DNA of 64,000 bases from a virus. A program made the translations under genes and the position numbers. The first letter of the stretch is position 1. Each line of letters begins with the position of its first letter. The notes under the pieces are model-generated. The model saw only the letters and a program-made list of their open reading frames with translations, ran no database searches and was not told the origin of the DNA. Below, piece by piece: positions 1 to 9,691 of this stretch. The stretch lies in IMG/VR virus record IMGVR_UViG_3300034095_000254, one strand, 5' to 3'.

Positions 1-346
1 TACCCAGTATCAATTTATCAATAATAAATGGAGTAAATATCTTTTCAGATAGGTAACCAAGCATCCAGTTATAGTAAACATCTTCCATGGCACGACCATT
101 GTTTCTCATACGAGGAAGAATATTGTGATTCTTAATCTTCATAAAAGTATCAATGATGTCTTGGTCTATGTTACCTTCATATGGAACAGATAACTGCTGA
201 TTGATTTTAGTAAAGATATTATTCAAACGAGAATTCTGTTGTTGAAGCACAGACCAGTTTGGTTCTTTAATATCTTTTGCAGAGAGATACTTTTGAAACT
301 CATCCTTGCGAGTGAATCCCATTGCCTTACGATATTCTTTACTCAT
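1..346 (-). CDS. Partial CDS (runs off the window); unknown protein, possibly a restriction-endonuclease-like nuclease
   Basis: Not in the ORF track. ATG at 346 overlaps the TGA of the GNAT gene (ATGA). Open frame MSKEYRKAMGFTRKDEFQKYLSAKDI...LPRMRNNGRAMEDVYYNWMLGYLSEKIF to the window edge. The nuclease resemblance is from memory only. Confidence 0.55.
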   Translation of the reverse strand, partial: MSKEYRKAMGFTRKDEFQKYLSAKDIKEPNWSVLQQQNSRLNNIFTKINQQLSVPYEGNIDQDIIDTFMKIKNHNILPRMRNNGRAMEDVYYNWMLGYLSEKIFTPFIIDKLILG

Positions 347-984
347 ACTAAAAACTCTTCTAACGAGGGTTGTTCAAGTAGTGCGTCTCTTAACCATGCC
401 TTACCAACTGCATTAATTGCTGCTTGGCTCTTTGCTCTTTTCTTATCACCCCACTTGTATGCTTCCAAACCCTCAGCACGGAATTGATCTCTGGCTTTGT
501 ATGGTGGTAGTGCTTGTAGTGGATTCACGATGGCAAAGTCACGATAAGCAATCTGCTCTGCTCTAGTTGGAAACAGTGGTTGGTCTGAACGAAGTGAACC
601 TGTTGGATCAACTGCCCACCAAATCAAACCATTCTTGTAGTGCCATGTAACTGAAGAAGGAGTGCAAGACATCTTTAGTCGAGTCATCTTTCTTTCTTTA
701 ACTGCATAATCAATCCATGCATCCCAACACTTTGATGCATAACCCTTACCTTCATTTCCTTCAAGTGTAACAATCTCGTAGAGATTACTGTAACCATCTC
801 GATTAAATGTGGCAAAGATTAAACAAACAACATCACCATTCACTTCAAGAGCCATTGGTGGTGCTTTGTCATAGTTATGAAAGCGATACCATAATGAATG
901 TGCAGCCGATAAGAATTTTGTATTCTTACCAGCTGGACTAGTTTTAATTAACTCTTCAACTCTCGTTGAATTAACAAAGTTCAT
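343..984 (-). CDS. GNAT-family acetyltransferase with putative C-terminal sliding-clamp-binding peptide
   Basis: GNAT motif A-like IVTLEGNEGKGYAS. Likely start MNFVNS at 984, overlapping the upstream stop. Ends PSLEEFLV*. Confidence 0.7.
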   Translation of the reverse strand: MNFVNSTRVEELIKTSPAGKNTKFLSAAHSLWYRFHNYDKAPPMALEVNGDVVCLIFATFNRDGYSNLYEIVTLEGNEGKGYASKCWDAWIDYAVKERKMTRLKMSCTPSSVTWHYKNGLIWWAVDPTGSLRSDQPLFPTRAEQIAYRDFAIVNPLQALPPYKARDQFRAEGLEAYKWGDKKRAKSQAAINAVGKAWLRDALLEQPSLEEFLV

Positions 985-1663
985 ATTGTAAGTCCACCGC
1001 ATCCTCAATAACTTCTTTTTCAATTGTCATTGCAAGTTGGTCATCAAATGTAATGTAATGGTTCATCAAAGTGTTAATAGGGAATCCTGGAACTTCTGCT
1101 CGTTTTGGTACATCAGCAGTAGAAGTAATTATACACCCATTTGATATAGAAGTCAAGTATAATGGTCGTTTACCATTGCGATAGAATCTAATAACTTTAT
1201 CAACATGCAACTCTATAACGGCAAGACTAGAATCTTTCCAACGAATCAATGGGCTGATGCAATCTTCTGCTGTGTGTAAGATTAGTTCTGTATCGTTTTT
1301 AGTTTCGCAATCATAACCATATAACTCTTTCCACTTCTCAGGTAACTCTTGAGTGATAACACCATTGTGGACTACGGAAAGATTCTCATTGGCAATTGGT
1401 TGATTGAATTCTAAGTCACTGGTGCTGTAACGACAGTGACCAATCATATAAAGACTTCCATCTTCATTGACATAACTTGGAAAGTTAAATGGAAATTCAT
1501 CGGCAGGAACTGGTCGCTTCTCAGTGATAATCTTTCCATGTTTAACATAGGAGATTCCAGTGGCATGCATTCCTCGAATCTTGGACTCAAGGAACACACG
1601 ATGAAGCATTAAGAAATCCTCGGCACGAGGTTCTTTAATAATTGCGCCAATGACTGAACACAT
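971..1663 (-). CDS. Stand-alone class II (Ntn) glutamine amidotransferase domain protein
   Basis: N-terminal Met-Cys nucleophile, RGxxATG, GHCRYST, HNGVI and NDTE motifs. No synthetase domain (230 aa). Confidence 0.85.
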   Translation of the reverse strand: MCSVIGAIIKEPRAEDFLMLHRVFLESKIRGMHATGISYVKHGKIITEKRPVPADEFPFNFPSYVNEDGSLYMIGHCRYSTSDLEFNQPIANENLSVVHNGVITQELPEKWKELYGYDCETKNDTELILHTAEDCISPLIRWKDSSLAVIELHVDKVIRFYRNGKRPLYLTSISNGCIITSTADVPKRAEVPGFPINTLMNHYITFDDQLAMTIEKEVIEDAVDLQYELC

Positions 1664-3024
1664 TAAAAGAATCCTTCAAGTGAGTTTGCCTTTTGTGACT
1701 CTGGATGATACTTCAACAGAGTTTCTTTACCAAGTTTTGATTCAAGGTATTCATACCACTCTTCAGACTCCCACATTGCAGAACTCACACCATTCCAAAG
1801 ATGTCGTTGTGAACCATCTTCATACTTTTGGTCTGGATGTTCTTTGTTAAGTCTTCGTTGTTCAACAAATTCATAACGACAATCTTCATACTCTTTAGAT
1901 CCCAACTCAGCCATCTTCTCACGGAAGTAAACAACCAATGAGATTCTCTCTGCTTCTTCGTCCATCAATTCAATTTGAGTATTGCCATGCATCACTTCAT
2001 GATTGTTAATGAGTAGCAAATCTCCAGGTCTTGGATTGACAGCAACACGATACTCTGGTGCTACAAGATAGCATCCTTTGTAGTTACCATTATTACTCAA
2101 TGTCAATAGATTGGATAGACCTTCAGTGAAGTCACCAGCATCGAAGTGACATGCAGTTCTGAAAGATTTATTTACAGTGACAGTAGTAAATGGAGTTCCA
2201 GGAACTAAGAAAGCAGGATCCAGTTTCTTTGCAGCTTCCATCTGATTGTTATATCGCCATGGCAACAAGTCTTTGAAACCTTGTGCAAGTTGCTGAAGGA
2301 ATGGATATGCCATGGCAAACTTTGCTGGTTCACGAGCAGTGTAAGATGTCGCACGACCATAAGGAATGCGAGGATAACGATCGAACCATCCAGCAATACC
2401 AGACATTACACCATTGGCATAGGTAGTTGCGCAGACATACGCTTTCTCTACTCGTCTTGCCTCAATGACCATTTCAGATGCATCTAGTTTACGAACTTTC
2501 TCCACCCACTCGTTGAACACAAATCCATCTTTCTTGACTGCTTGAATACCCCAAACATTATTTCGTGTGGATGGTTTGTCAGTCTTACCTTCGTGCTTGG
2601 CTTTAATAACATCAATTGGATCTCCATCCAACGATGCTTTAGGATCCAAGAAGTATTCAATAATTTCTGATTCGTATTCAGTGACCCATTCACGATTACC
2701 CAACTTCTCTGCTCTTGGACCTGCAGCCATACCTCTGTTCTGAGTTTCAGTTGCTGCTTCACGGAGACCAATATACGCTTGGTCTTGTTGTTCTTTACTG
2801 AAGTAGTTCTTACGGAACTTCAAAACAATTCGTCTTTCGTCTGCGCCTGTGTCGCATGATGAACATTCTTGGTCGCAATCTGCTTGTGTGGCTAGATCGC
2901 AATTGGCTGGCATGTAAACATCACAGTCCTCTTCAATGAGAAAATCATAATGTGACTCATCAGGGAATTGCCCCAACATATGAGTCATATCAAGTTTCTC
3001 TTTTGCTACAATTACTTTTACCAT
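1663..3024 (-). CDS. TET/JBP-family 2OG-Fe(II) dioxygenase (5-methylpyrimidine oxygenase)
   Basis: TVTVNKSFRTACHFDAGD (HxD), GDLLLINNHEVMHGNT (distal His) and RISLVVYFREKM (2OG-binding Arg) match the TET/JBP core. Ends NSLEGFF*. Confidence 0.85.
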   Translation of the reverse strand: MVKVIVAKEKLDMTHMLGQFPDESHYDFLIEEDCDVYMPANCDLATQADCDQECSSCDTGADERRIVLKFRKNYFSKEQQDQAYIGLREAATETQNRGMAAGPRAEKLGNREWVTEYESEIIEYFLDPKASLDGDPIDVIKAKHEGKTDKPSTRNNVWGIQAVKKDGFVFNEWVEKVRKLDASEMVIEARRVEKAYVCATTYANGVMSGIAGWFDRYPRIPYGRATSYTAREPAKFAMAYPFLQQLAQGFKDLLPWRYNNQMEAAKKLDPAFLVPGTPFTTVTVNKSFRTACHFDAGDFTEGLSNLLTLSNNGNYKGCYLVAPEYRVAVNPRPGDLLLINNHEVMHGNTQIELMDEEAERISLVVYFREKMAELGSKEYEDCRYEFVEQRRLNKEHPDQKYEDGSQRHLWNGVSSAMWESEEWYEYLESKLGKETLLKYHPESQKANSLEGFF

Positions 3025-3033
3025 AACTTTCTC

Positions 3034-4428
3034 CTAAAACTTAAATCCGTCAAAAGATTTTTCTGCTTTTTGTCTGCGACCAAAATTACTTTTATCAAAC
3101 ATGGGTTCATCGTCATCACTCTTTCCAGAGTCACTCAGCGTTTGTGCCGATGCCTCTACATCATAGAGTTTCATCTTCGCTCGATCAACTCCAATAACAA
3201 ATCTCTTATAGAATCCTGGATCGTTATAGCGATTCTTCAACTGTTTAACAATAATCTGATTCAATCCTTCCAACTCCTCATTGCTGACCAAAGCAAACAT
3301 AAAGTCAGCTGTCGCTGGCAATCCAAAAGATTCAGAGGTATCTTCAAGTCCTGGATCCGAGTTTGTGAATCCAGAACGAGTTGTTTGAGTGGCTGAGACA
3401 ATGGGAACATTATACTCAACTGCCAATCCTCTTAGTTCTTCTGCAATGCTCTTAATATATGTATAAGAGTTAATACTTCCACCTTGCTTCATTCGTTGAC
3501 TCGCACAAATATTGAGATAGTCAATGAAGATAATATCAGGTTTAAATTCTCGTTTCAACTTTAGTTCTTCCAGCAGTGCACGGAAATGACCAGAGTGAGC
3601 ACCAGCAGTTGGGTATTCTTTGACAATTAGTTTACCTTTAGTCTTAGCTGTAATCTTAGCAATACGACTTTCGTAGATATCCCTGTCAATAACTTTTAGT
3701 TCATCCATGGTTAGGTTAAGAAGATTCGCATCAATTCTTTCAGCGATTCGTTCTTCTGCCATTTCCATAGTTATGTATAATACATTTTTTCCTTGGGTTA
3801 GACAACCAGCACCCACATGGCACATAAACAAAGACTTACCAACACCAGTGCCAGCAAGACAAATGTTAAGCGTTTTCTTTGATAGTCCACCCTTAGTGAT
3901 TTTATTGAACATGTCAAGGTCGAATGCAACCTTCTCTTCCACCCTATGATAAAAATCATACCTCTCGTTGTGGTCATCAAGATAGTCATGCCCAATATGA
4001 TTATCAAATGAAACGGCAAGAGCATCAGAAAGAATAGATGGTATAGCATCTTTCGTTTGGTGCTTATCGTTTCCGTCAATGATTCTGATTGCCGAGAGAA
4101 CTCCATTATAAACTGCCCTATCTTTACAAAACTTTTCAGTATGTTCTAACATCCAGTCTTCATTGACTGGTTCCTGACTCAATGTGCCGATAAAGTCGCC
4201 AAGTTCAGACAACTCTTTATCATTGAGATCTTTCCTATTACTAATTTCAATCTGTAGGATTTCTTTGGATGCTGGCTTGTTATACTTCGTAAAGAAAGAA
4301 ACAATCTCGTCTGCCAAGATTACTTCTTTGCGCTCTGCAAAATATTCTTTCTTGATAAATGGAATTACTTTACGACAATACTTCTCATCAAATATCAGAT
4401 TGCTCAGAATCTTTTGTTCTATTCGCAT
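3034..4428 (-). CDS. 41: Replicative DnaB-like helicase gp41
   Basis: Walker A AGTGVGKS, YITMEMAEE, IFIDYLN, SATQTTRSG, KQLKNRY. Confidence 0.97.
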   Translation of the reverse strand: MRIEQKILSNLIFDEKYCRKVIPFIKKEYFAERKEVILADEIVSFFTKYNKPASKEILQIEISNRKDLNDKELSELGDFIGTLSQEPVNEDWMLEHTEKFCKDRAVYNGVLSAIRIIDGNDKHQTKDAIPSILSDALAVSFDNHIGHDYLDDHNERYDFYHRVEEKVAFDLDMFNKITKGGLSKKTLNICLAGTGVGKSLFMCHVGAGCLTQGKNVLYITMEMAEERIAERIDANLLNLTMDELKVIDRDIYESRIAKITAKTKGKLIVKEYPTAGAHSGHFRALLEELKLKREFKPDIIFIDYLNICASQRMKQGGSINSYTYIKSIAEELRGLAVEYNVPIVSATQTTRSGFTNSDPGLEDTSESFGLPATADFMFALVSNEELEGLNQIIVKQLKNRYNDPGFYKRFVIGVDRAKMKLYDVEASAQTLSDSGKSDDDEPMFDKSNFGRRQKAEKSFDGFKF

Positions 4429-4723
4429 CAATTTCTGTTCCGCCTGTATATGTTAAATTATTTTCTTCCACACCTTGATGCAGCAATTCTTGTAGTATAT
4501 CACCTATGTATGCTTCAAAAGGTTTGAAGTCTGTCATACCTTTATCAGCATTCTCAAGTATCTCATACTCAAACTTTAAATGCAAGGAGTCATTCTTTTC
4601 ATCTGGATCGAATGACACCTTTCCATATGTATAGATTATACCCTCAAACGCACCTTCAGTCAACTTAATTGCTTGAAGTCCACTGTGTTTGTGTTCAAGA
4701 ACTTGGTATCTAAAATTACTCAT
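4388..4723 (-). CDS. gp40-like head vertex assembly chaperone (by synteny)
   Basis: 111-aa ORF between uvsX and gp41, the T4 position of gp40. Confidence 0.55.
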   Translation of the reverse strand: MSNFRYQVLEHKHSGLQAIKLTEGAFEGIIYTYGKVSFDPDEKNDSLHLKFEYEILENADKGMTDFKPFEAYIGDILQELLHQGVEENNLTYTGGTEIDANRTKDSEQSDI

Positions 4724-5789
4724 CGAACTCTAACTCTTCCAATGCTTTGTCTAAGTCATCTTCTTGCATCATCTGTCCACCTTGACCGATTGAATACTTA
4801 CTCTTTACAAAATCATAGAATGATTTGCTTGTAAGAATTGATAACCAGAAGTCTTTGTTATCAGTTTCTTTGATACGATATTTCTTGGCTTCTACTTCAC
4901 CAGTCTCTGGATCGCACTTGGAATACCATCCGTTACTTGGTTTGACCACATGCTTGGATTCAAGAGCAAGGTCAAGTAGACCAGACCACTTACTGAGCCC
5001 ACCATCAAAAGATACAGAAACAGGAATTTTAGATTTCTCTTTAACATAACGACTCTTCTCTACATTGATAATAAAATTGTAACCTACAATCTCAGTGCCT
5101 TCTTTTTCTTGCTGACGACCAAGAATGTATACATTATCTGCTGAATACATTGCACCAGTACCACCACCAACGATTGCTTTCGGGAACATTCCGATCTCCA
5201 TATATGTATGGTTCACTACAACGAGTGGAATATCTTTCAAGTTCAAGTGTGGAGTTACCATACGGAACAATGACTTCATCTGTTTTGCTCTTGACATATC
5301 TGCAACAGACTTACCTTCCATGGCATCTTCAACTTCTTTCTTAGAAGCCAGATTACCAATGGAGTCAATGACAATAATCAAATGATCACCACGCTCTACA
5401 TTGGACAACTGTTGCATAATATCGAACTTCAATTGTTCCACATCAGTGAGTGGAGTATGAACAACTCGCTTTGTATCAATACCGAATGTATCGAAGTAAG
5501 ACTGCGGAGTACCGAACTCTGAATCATAGAACAACAACGCTGCATCTTCATACTTGTCCATGTAGGACTTAGCCATTAGCAATGAGAATGCTGTCTTGAA
5601 GTGTTTGCTTGGACCAGCCCACATTGTAATTCCTGGAGTAAGTCCACCATCAAGACGACCAGACAAAGCCACATTGATGATTGGAACAGAAGTAGGAATC
5701 ATATCCTTCTTCTTAAAGAACTTTGATTCTGATAGAATCGCAGAGTCTTTGATGGTACTATTCTTTTTAATCTTATCTAAAATGCTCAT
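4716..5789 (-). CDS. uvsX: UvsX RecA-like recombinase
   Basis: AGPSKHFKT, FYDSEFG, DSIGNLASKKE, VGGGTG. Confidence 0.97.
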   Translation of the reverse strand: MSILDKIKKNSTIKDSAILSESKFFKKKDMIPTSVPIINVALSGRLDGGLTPGITMWAGPSKHFKTAFSLLMAKSYMDKYEDAALLFYDSEFGTPQSYFDTFGIDTKRVVHTPLTDVEQLKFDIMQQLSNVERGDHLIIVIDSIGNLASKKEVEDAMEGKSVADMSRAKQMKSLFRMVTPHLNLKDIPLVVVNHTYMEIGMFPKAIVGGGTGAMYSADNVYILGRQQEKEGTEIVGYNFIINVEKSRYVKEKSKIPVSVSFDGGLSKWSGLLDLALESKHVVKPSNGWYSKCDPETGEVEAKKYRIKETDNKDFWLSILTSKSFYDFVKSKYSIGQGGQMMQEDDLDKALEELEFDE

Positions 5790-5790
5790 A

Positions 5791-6042
5791 TTAACCTTTC
5801 AGGAATTCTAACAGTTTTTCTTCGGTGACCATACCCACTTGTCGTCTGATTTCTTTTCCAGTGTCATCAACTAAAACCATAGTTGGAACAGAACGAACTT
5901 TATATTCTTGAGCCATCATCATCTCATTATCAATATCATATTCTTCAATTGGAATATCAATCTTATCTTTTGCGCCATTGATGACCATTGAGAGTCCTTT
6001 GCATGGACCACACCAATCGGCATAAAATTTTAACAGCTTCAT
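5791..6042 (-). CDS. Thioredoxin
   Basis: WCGPC active site, SVPT cis-Pro motif, AGGAG RBS. Confidence 0.93.
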   Translation of the reverse strand: MKLLKFYADWCGPCKGLSMVINGAKDKIDIPIEEYDIDNEMMMAQEYKVRSVPTMVLVDDTGKEIRRQVGMVTEEKLLEFLKG

Positions 6043-6053
6043 TTATATCTCCT

Positions 6054-6082
6054 ATTATACAGTAACTTTTGTTGCAAGGCAA
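6054..6082 (-). promoter_or_regulatory. Sigma70-like promoter upstream of thioredoxin/uvsX/gp41
   Basis: Minus strand TTGCCT-N17-TATAAT. Confidence 0.7.
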
Positions 6083-6634
6083 CTATGGATTGTTCTTGGA
6101 ATGTGGAACATCAAACACAAATGTAATTCTAACAACATCACCAACATTCTTAGTTCCATGTAGTAGTTTATTGTTGAACCAAATCAAATCACCAGCATCA
6201 ACTTTTACAGATTCTCCACCAACAGTGTAAACATATGAACCTTGTATTGCAAGATGGTATCTGTCTCTTGTAAGATAATAATCTCCGATGTCGATATGTT
6301 GCCCAACTTCTCCACCAACTGGCAACGAAAGGAATCCGCATCTATCAAATTTCTTAAAGTTTCTTTTTAAGAATCCTACAATCTCTGTGTGTCTGCTATA
6401 CGCTGGTGTTTCTACGGATGATTGACTATCACCCACATATTGATTTAGGTCTTTTACAGTACCAATTTTTAATTGAAGGACACCTGCTTGTACTGCAGGG
6501 AATCCATACTCATTAACTAAATCGTGCACACCTTCAATATCTTTTTGAGCACCCCAGTCCTCTGGGTATTGTTGCAACTGTTTCAGTATCTTAGAAACAT
6601 TGATACCTTTTTTGATAACTCTAATGTTAGCCAA
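6083..6634 (-). CDS. Asp/Asn beta-hydroxylase-like 2OG-Fe(II)/cupin oxygenase
   Basis: GQHID (HxD), RYHLAI, WFNNKLLHGTKN, RITFVFD. Confidence 0.8.
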   Translation of the reverse strand: MANIRVIKKGINVSKILKQLQQYPEDWGAQKDIEGVHDLVNEYGFPAVQAGVLQLKIGTVKDLNQYVGDSQSSVETPAYSRHTEIVGFLKRNFKKFDRCGFLSLPVGGEVGQHIDIGDYYLTRDRYHLAIQGSYVYTVGGESVKVDAGDLIWFNNKLLHGTKNVGDVVRITFVFDVPHSKNNP

Positions 6635-9122
6635 AGAAATCCTCCAATGAACTTTCTTCTTGAGTCTTCCAACCTAGTGGTTCAATAACAATCTGTAATG
6701 CATCGAGGAATACCTTCTCAAACATCTTGTCATAATCTATGTATGATTCTAATTTAAACTCTTTTGGCAGAACCTGTGGGAATGCAATCACATCTTCCTG
6801 TAGAGGATTCGGAGTGCGCACATACACAAACTTAATCTTATCACCATCACGGATTGGTTGATACTTCTTATCGATGCCGAATCGCTTGCAGTGGTGATTG
6901 AACAACAACGCACCACGAACATGAATTGGTGTACCCTTTGTATAAATTGGAGAGCCAGTGTACTGCTTCAATCCATTTATACCTCTCGGGAAAGCAATCT
7001 CTTGAATCGGTAATTTGTCAAACTCTTTTCTAAACTCCATAACATATGTATGTAGATCTTTTTCACCCCCAGCGAGGATAACTTGAAGTGAATCACGCAA
7101 CTTTGTACGAATAACCGCAGGTGTAGACGACTTGACCATCTCCAGACCCATAACTTTGATCTTAGGTTTCGCAAACTGAACTCCTTCTGAGTTGTGAACA
7201 TTAATGATATATCTTTTCTTGGCAGTCCAGATGGCTTTGTCCGCAAGAACTTCTCGCTTCATGACCATCTTCTGACTGTATGCATTCATGTAATCTGATA
7301 GTTCGGTGTAACCTTGATCAATGAATGGTTGAAATACTTCTTCGCAAATCTTATCCATGTACTTGATCTTCTGCTCAGTGTTCTTACCTTCGCAAACTTT
7401 CTCGATGAGATGTTCAAGTGTAAGATAGATTGAGTCAGTGTCAATGGCAATGACAAAGTCTTTACCTTCTGTCTTGAGAGTTTTGTTGAGGAATGCATTC
7501 AACTTGTTTGCCATCCAACGAATGGATAGTTGACCAGAAGTCGTAATACCCTCTGCCATTCTAATATCAAAGTAACGGAAGTACTGATTGCCCATCGCAC
7601 CATAAGCAGAGTTAAGAGCAATCTTCATAGCCATCTGCAGGTTGTTAAGACGAGAGATATCTTTTAGCAGGTGAACCTTTGTCTTATCGTTTTGGTATTC
7701 CTGTTCAATCTTTAACATCTGTTTCTTAAACTTGGAACGATTGATATACATCTCTTCCATCAACTCAGGCATGAACCCTTTGATGTCTTTGCGATATGTC
7801 CAACCATTTGCAGTCATGGCAAGGTCTCTTCGTTTAAGATAGTCAGTATCAATCTCTTTGTTGAGTAACTTGTCAACAGTGACTGACAACTTCTCGCTCG
7901 TTAGAGTTTCTGGACTGATGTTGTATTGCATGATCAAGTGAGGATACAAACTGTTCAAGTCAAAGGAAACAACCCACTTGTGCATACCAATCATTGGATC
8001 TTTTACATAAGCACCTTCGAACTGGGAATCTTTTCCAGAGTAAGTCTTAGCTGGAATGACAATACCTTTCTTACGAAGGTGATTGTAGATGATAGTGTCC
8101 CACATACGAACCTGAGAGTAAACATCTTCAGGATTAATCTTAGCATTGTATGCCATGGTTAGGTGCAACTCAAGCAGACGCATCTTGTCTTCGAGTTTGT
8201 CAACTAACTCCACATCGTGAATGTTATATTCAACAAAGTCTGTCCAGTAATTTGTGTAGAAGTCTTTAAAGTCAACTCCAGGATTCTCTTTCTTGGCATC
8301 ATCTAGTTCTTCACCAGCAATGTAATCCAAACGATATGACTCTTGCTTTGTATATGTATATTTCTTGTAAAGTTCAAGATAGTCTAACTGAGAGATACCC
8401 ATGATGTCATAGTGAATCTGTTCATTACCTTTAATGAAAGTCTTTCGTTGATTGACATAACCCCATGGACTAATCTTGTTGGCAAATGTATCACCCAACT
8501 CTCGCTGAATGCGATGAATCAAGTAAACATTATCAAAGAAGTCTGTGTTCCAACCAGTGATGACATCTGGGTAGTTACCTTGCCACCAAATCATAAACTC
8601 TTTGAGCATGTGTTGTTCGTCACGACAATTGACCATCGTAACATCAGAACGAGGAGACTTATACTCACCATACTTTGTTTGAGCAAAGGTAACAACCTTC
8701 TTTGATTGAAGATCCTTGATAGTGATTAGAAGAACTTCTTCGTTGGCAGACTTGATATCTGGGAATCCATTCTCAGTTTCAGTCTCAATGTCAATTGTGA
8801 ATACTTTAATCTGTTCCATATCCCAGTTGACATCGTCTTCGTAAGTGTCACTGATATATTGATATGCGTAGTTGGTGTTACCGTAAACTGGGAATCCTTC
8901 AACACCTTCGTATCGTTTTAGGAAGTCACGAGTCTCACGGATACCTCCAGGTTTTATTTCATCAACGAATGTATCTTCAAGAGTCTTCCATTTTGATGGA
9001 ACCTTAGAAGTGACAAAAAGCGTAGGATAGAAATCTACCTTACGCTGATATGCCCTGCCGTTTTGATATCCCCTAACGAGGATCTTGTCGCCCACTGGGT
9101 GGACGCTGGTATAAAATTCCAT
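6627..9122 (-). CDS. 43: Family B DNA polymerase gp43
   Basis: DIETE exonuclease I motif, SFDLNSLYP, KIALNSAYG, DTDS, KKRY. C-terminal clamp-binding peptide SSLEDFFG. Confidence 0.98.
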   Translation of the reverse strand: MEFYTSVHPVGDKILVRGYQNGRAYQRKVDFYPTLFVTSKVPSKWKTLEDTFVDEIKPGGIRETRDFLKRYEGVEGFPVYGNTNYAYQYISDTYEDDVNWDMEQIKVFTIDIETETENGFPDIKSANEEVLLITIKDLQSKKVVTFAQTKYGEYKSPRSDVTMVNCRDEQHMLKEFMIWWQGNYPDVITGWNTDFFDNVYLIHRIQRELGDTFANKISPWGYVNQRKTFIKGNEQIHYDIMGISQLDYLELYKKYTYTKQESYRLDYIAGEELDDAKKENPGVDFKDFYTNYWTDFVEYNIHDVELVDKLEDKMRLLELHLTMAYNAKINPEDVYSQVRMWDTIIYNHLRKKGIVIPAKTYSGKDSQFEGAYVKDPMIGMHKWVVSFDLNSLYPHLIMQYNISPETLTSEKLSVTVDKLLNKEIDTDYLKRRDLAMTANGWTYRKDIKGFMPELMEEMYINRSKFKKQMLKIEQEYQNDKTKVHLLKDISRLNNLQMAMKIALNSAYGAMGNQYFRYFDIRMAEGITTSGQLSIRWMANKLNAFLNKTLKTEGKDFVIAIDTDSIYLTLEHLIEKVCEGKNTEQKIKYMDKICEEVFQPFIDQGYTELSDYMNAYSQKMVMKREVLADKAIWTAKKRYIINVHNSEGVQFAKPKIKVMGLEMVKSSTPAVIRTKLRDSLQVILAGGEKDLHTYVMEFRKEFDKLPIQEIAFPRGINGLKQYTGSPIYTKGTPIHVRGALLFNHHCKRFGIDKKYQPIRDGDKIKFVYVRTPNPLQEDVIAFPQVLPKEFKLESYIDYDKMFEKVFLDALQIVIEPLGWKTQEESSLEDFFG

Positions 9123-9691
9123 TAAACTTGTTTTCCATACATTAGTTGCATTGCATCAAGTGCACAGTCGTGGACAGGATGATGTTTGATAACTTCGTGT
9201 CGTTTGAACAGAGGATGATCCACTTCTACATAACCATTCGTGGTTCCAAACATAATGTCAACTGCAGTTCTCACATCTCTCCATACATTATACCCTGTAA
9301 TCTCTTGCAAGTCAAATTTAACAGCAAGCGAATCAATAGCCATCTGGTCTAATGAACCTCGTGCCCACATAGTTTGTTTATCCGCATTTGGGAATTGCTT
9401 CATGTAATCATAGAACTTTTGCATTCCATTTTCCACAGTCATGTCCTCACGGGATGGATCAAGAGAAGTCTTACGAACATATTCGTGTTGACCTTTCCAC
9501 CACTCAAGTGTAGATTTAGATGCAGTACGACCAACACCCATCTGTTCCTTGACATCGAACTTTACAAAACATGCATTGTCCAATAAGTCTTGATAGGTTG
9601 GTCGTTTCTCTGGATCAAAGTGAACCATAGCTGCAGAAAGAACCACACAATTGGATTCCACTCCCAGCGTTTCTACATCGAACATAAACAT
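9122..9691 (-). CDS. dexA: DexA-like DEDD 3'-5' exonuclease
   Basis: FDVETLG, WARG..D, RDVRT, HHPVHDCALD. Confidence 0.85.
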   Translation of the reverse strand: MFMFDVETLGVESNCVVLSAAMVHFDPEKRPTYQDLLDNACFVKFDVKEQMGVGRTASKSTLEWWKGQHEYVRKTSLDPSREDMTVENGMQKFYDYMKQFPNADKQTMWARGSLDQMAIDSLAVKFDLQEITGYNVWRDVRTAVDIMFGTTNGYVEVDHPLFKRHEVIKHHPVHDCALDAMQLMYGKQV

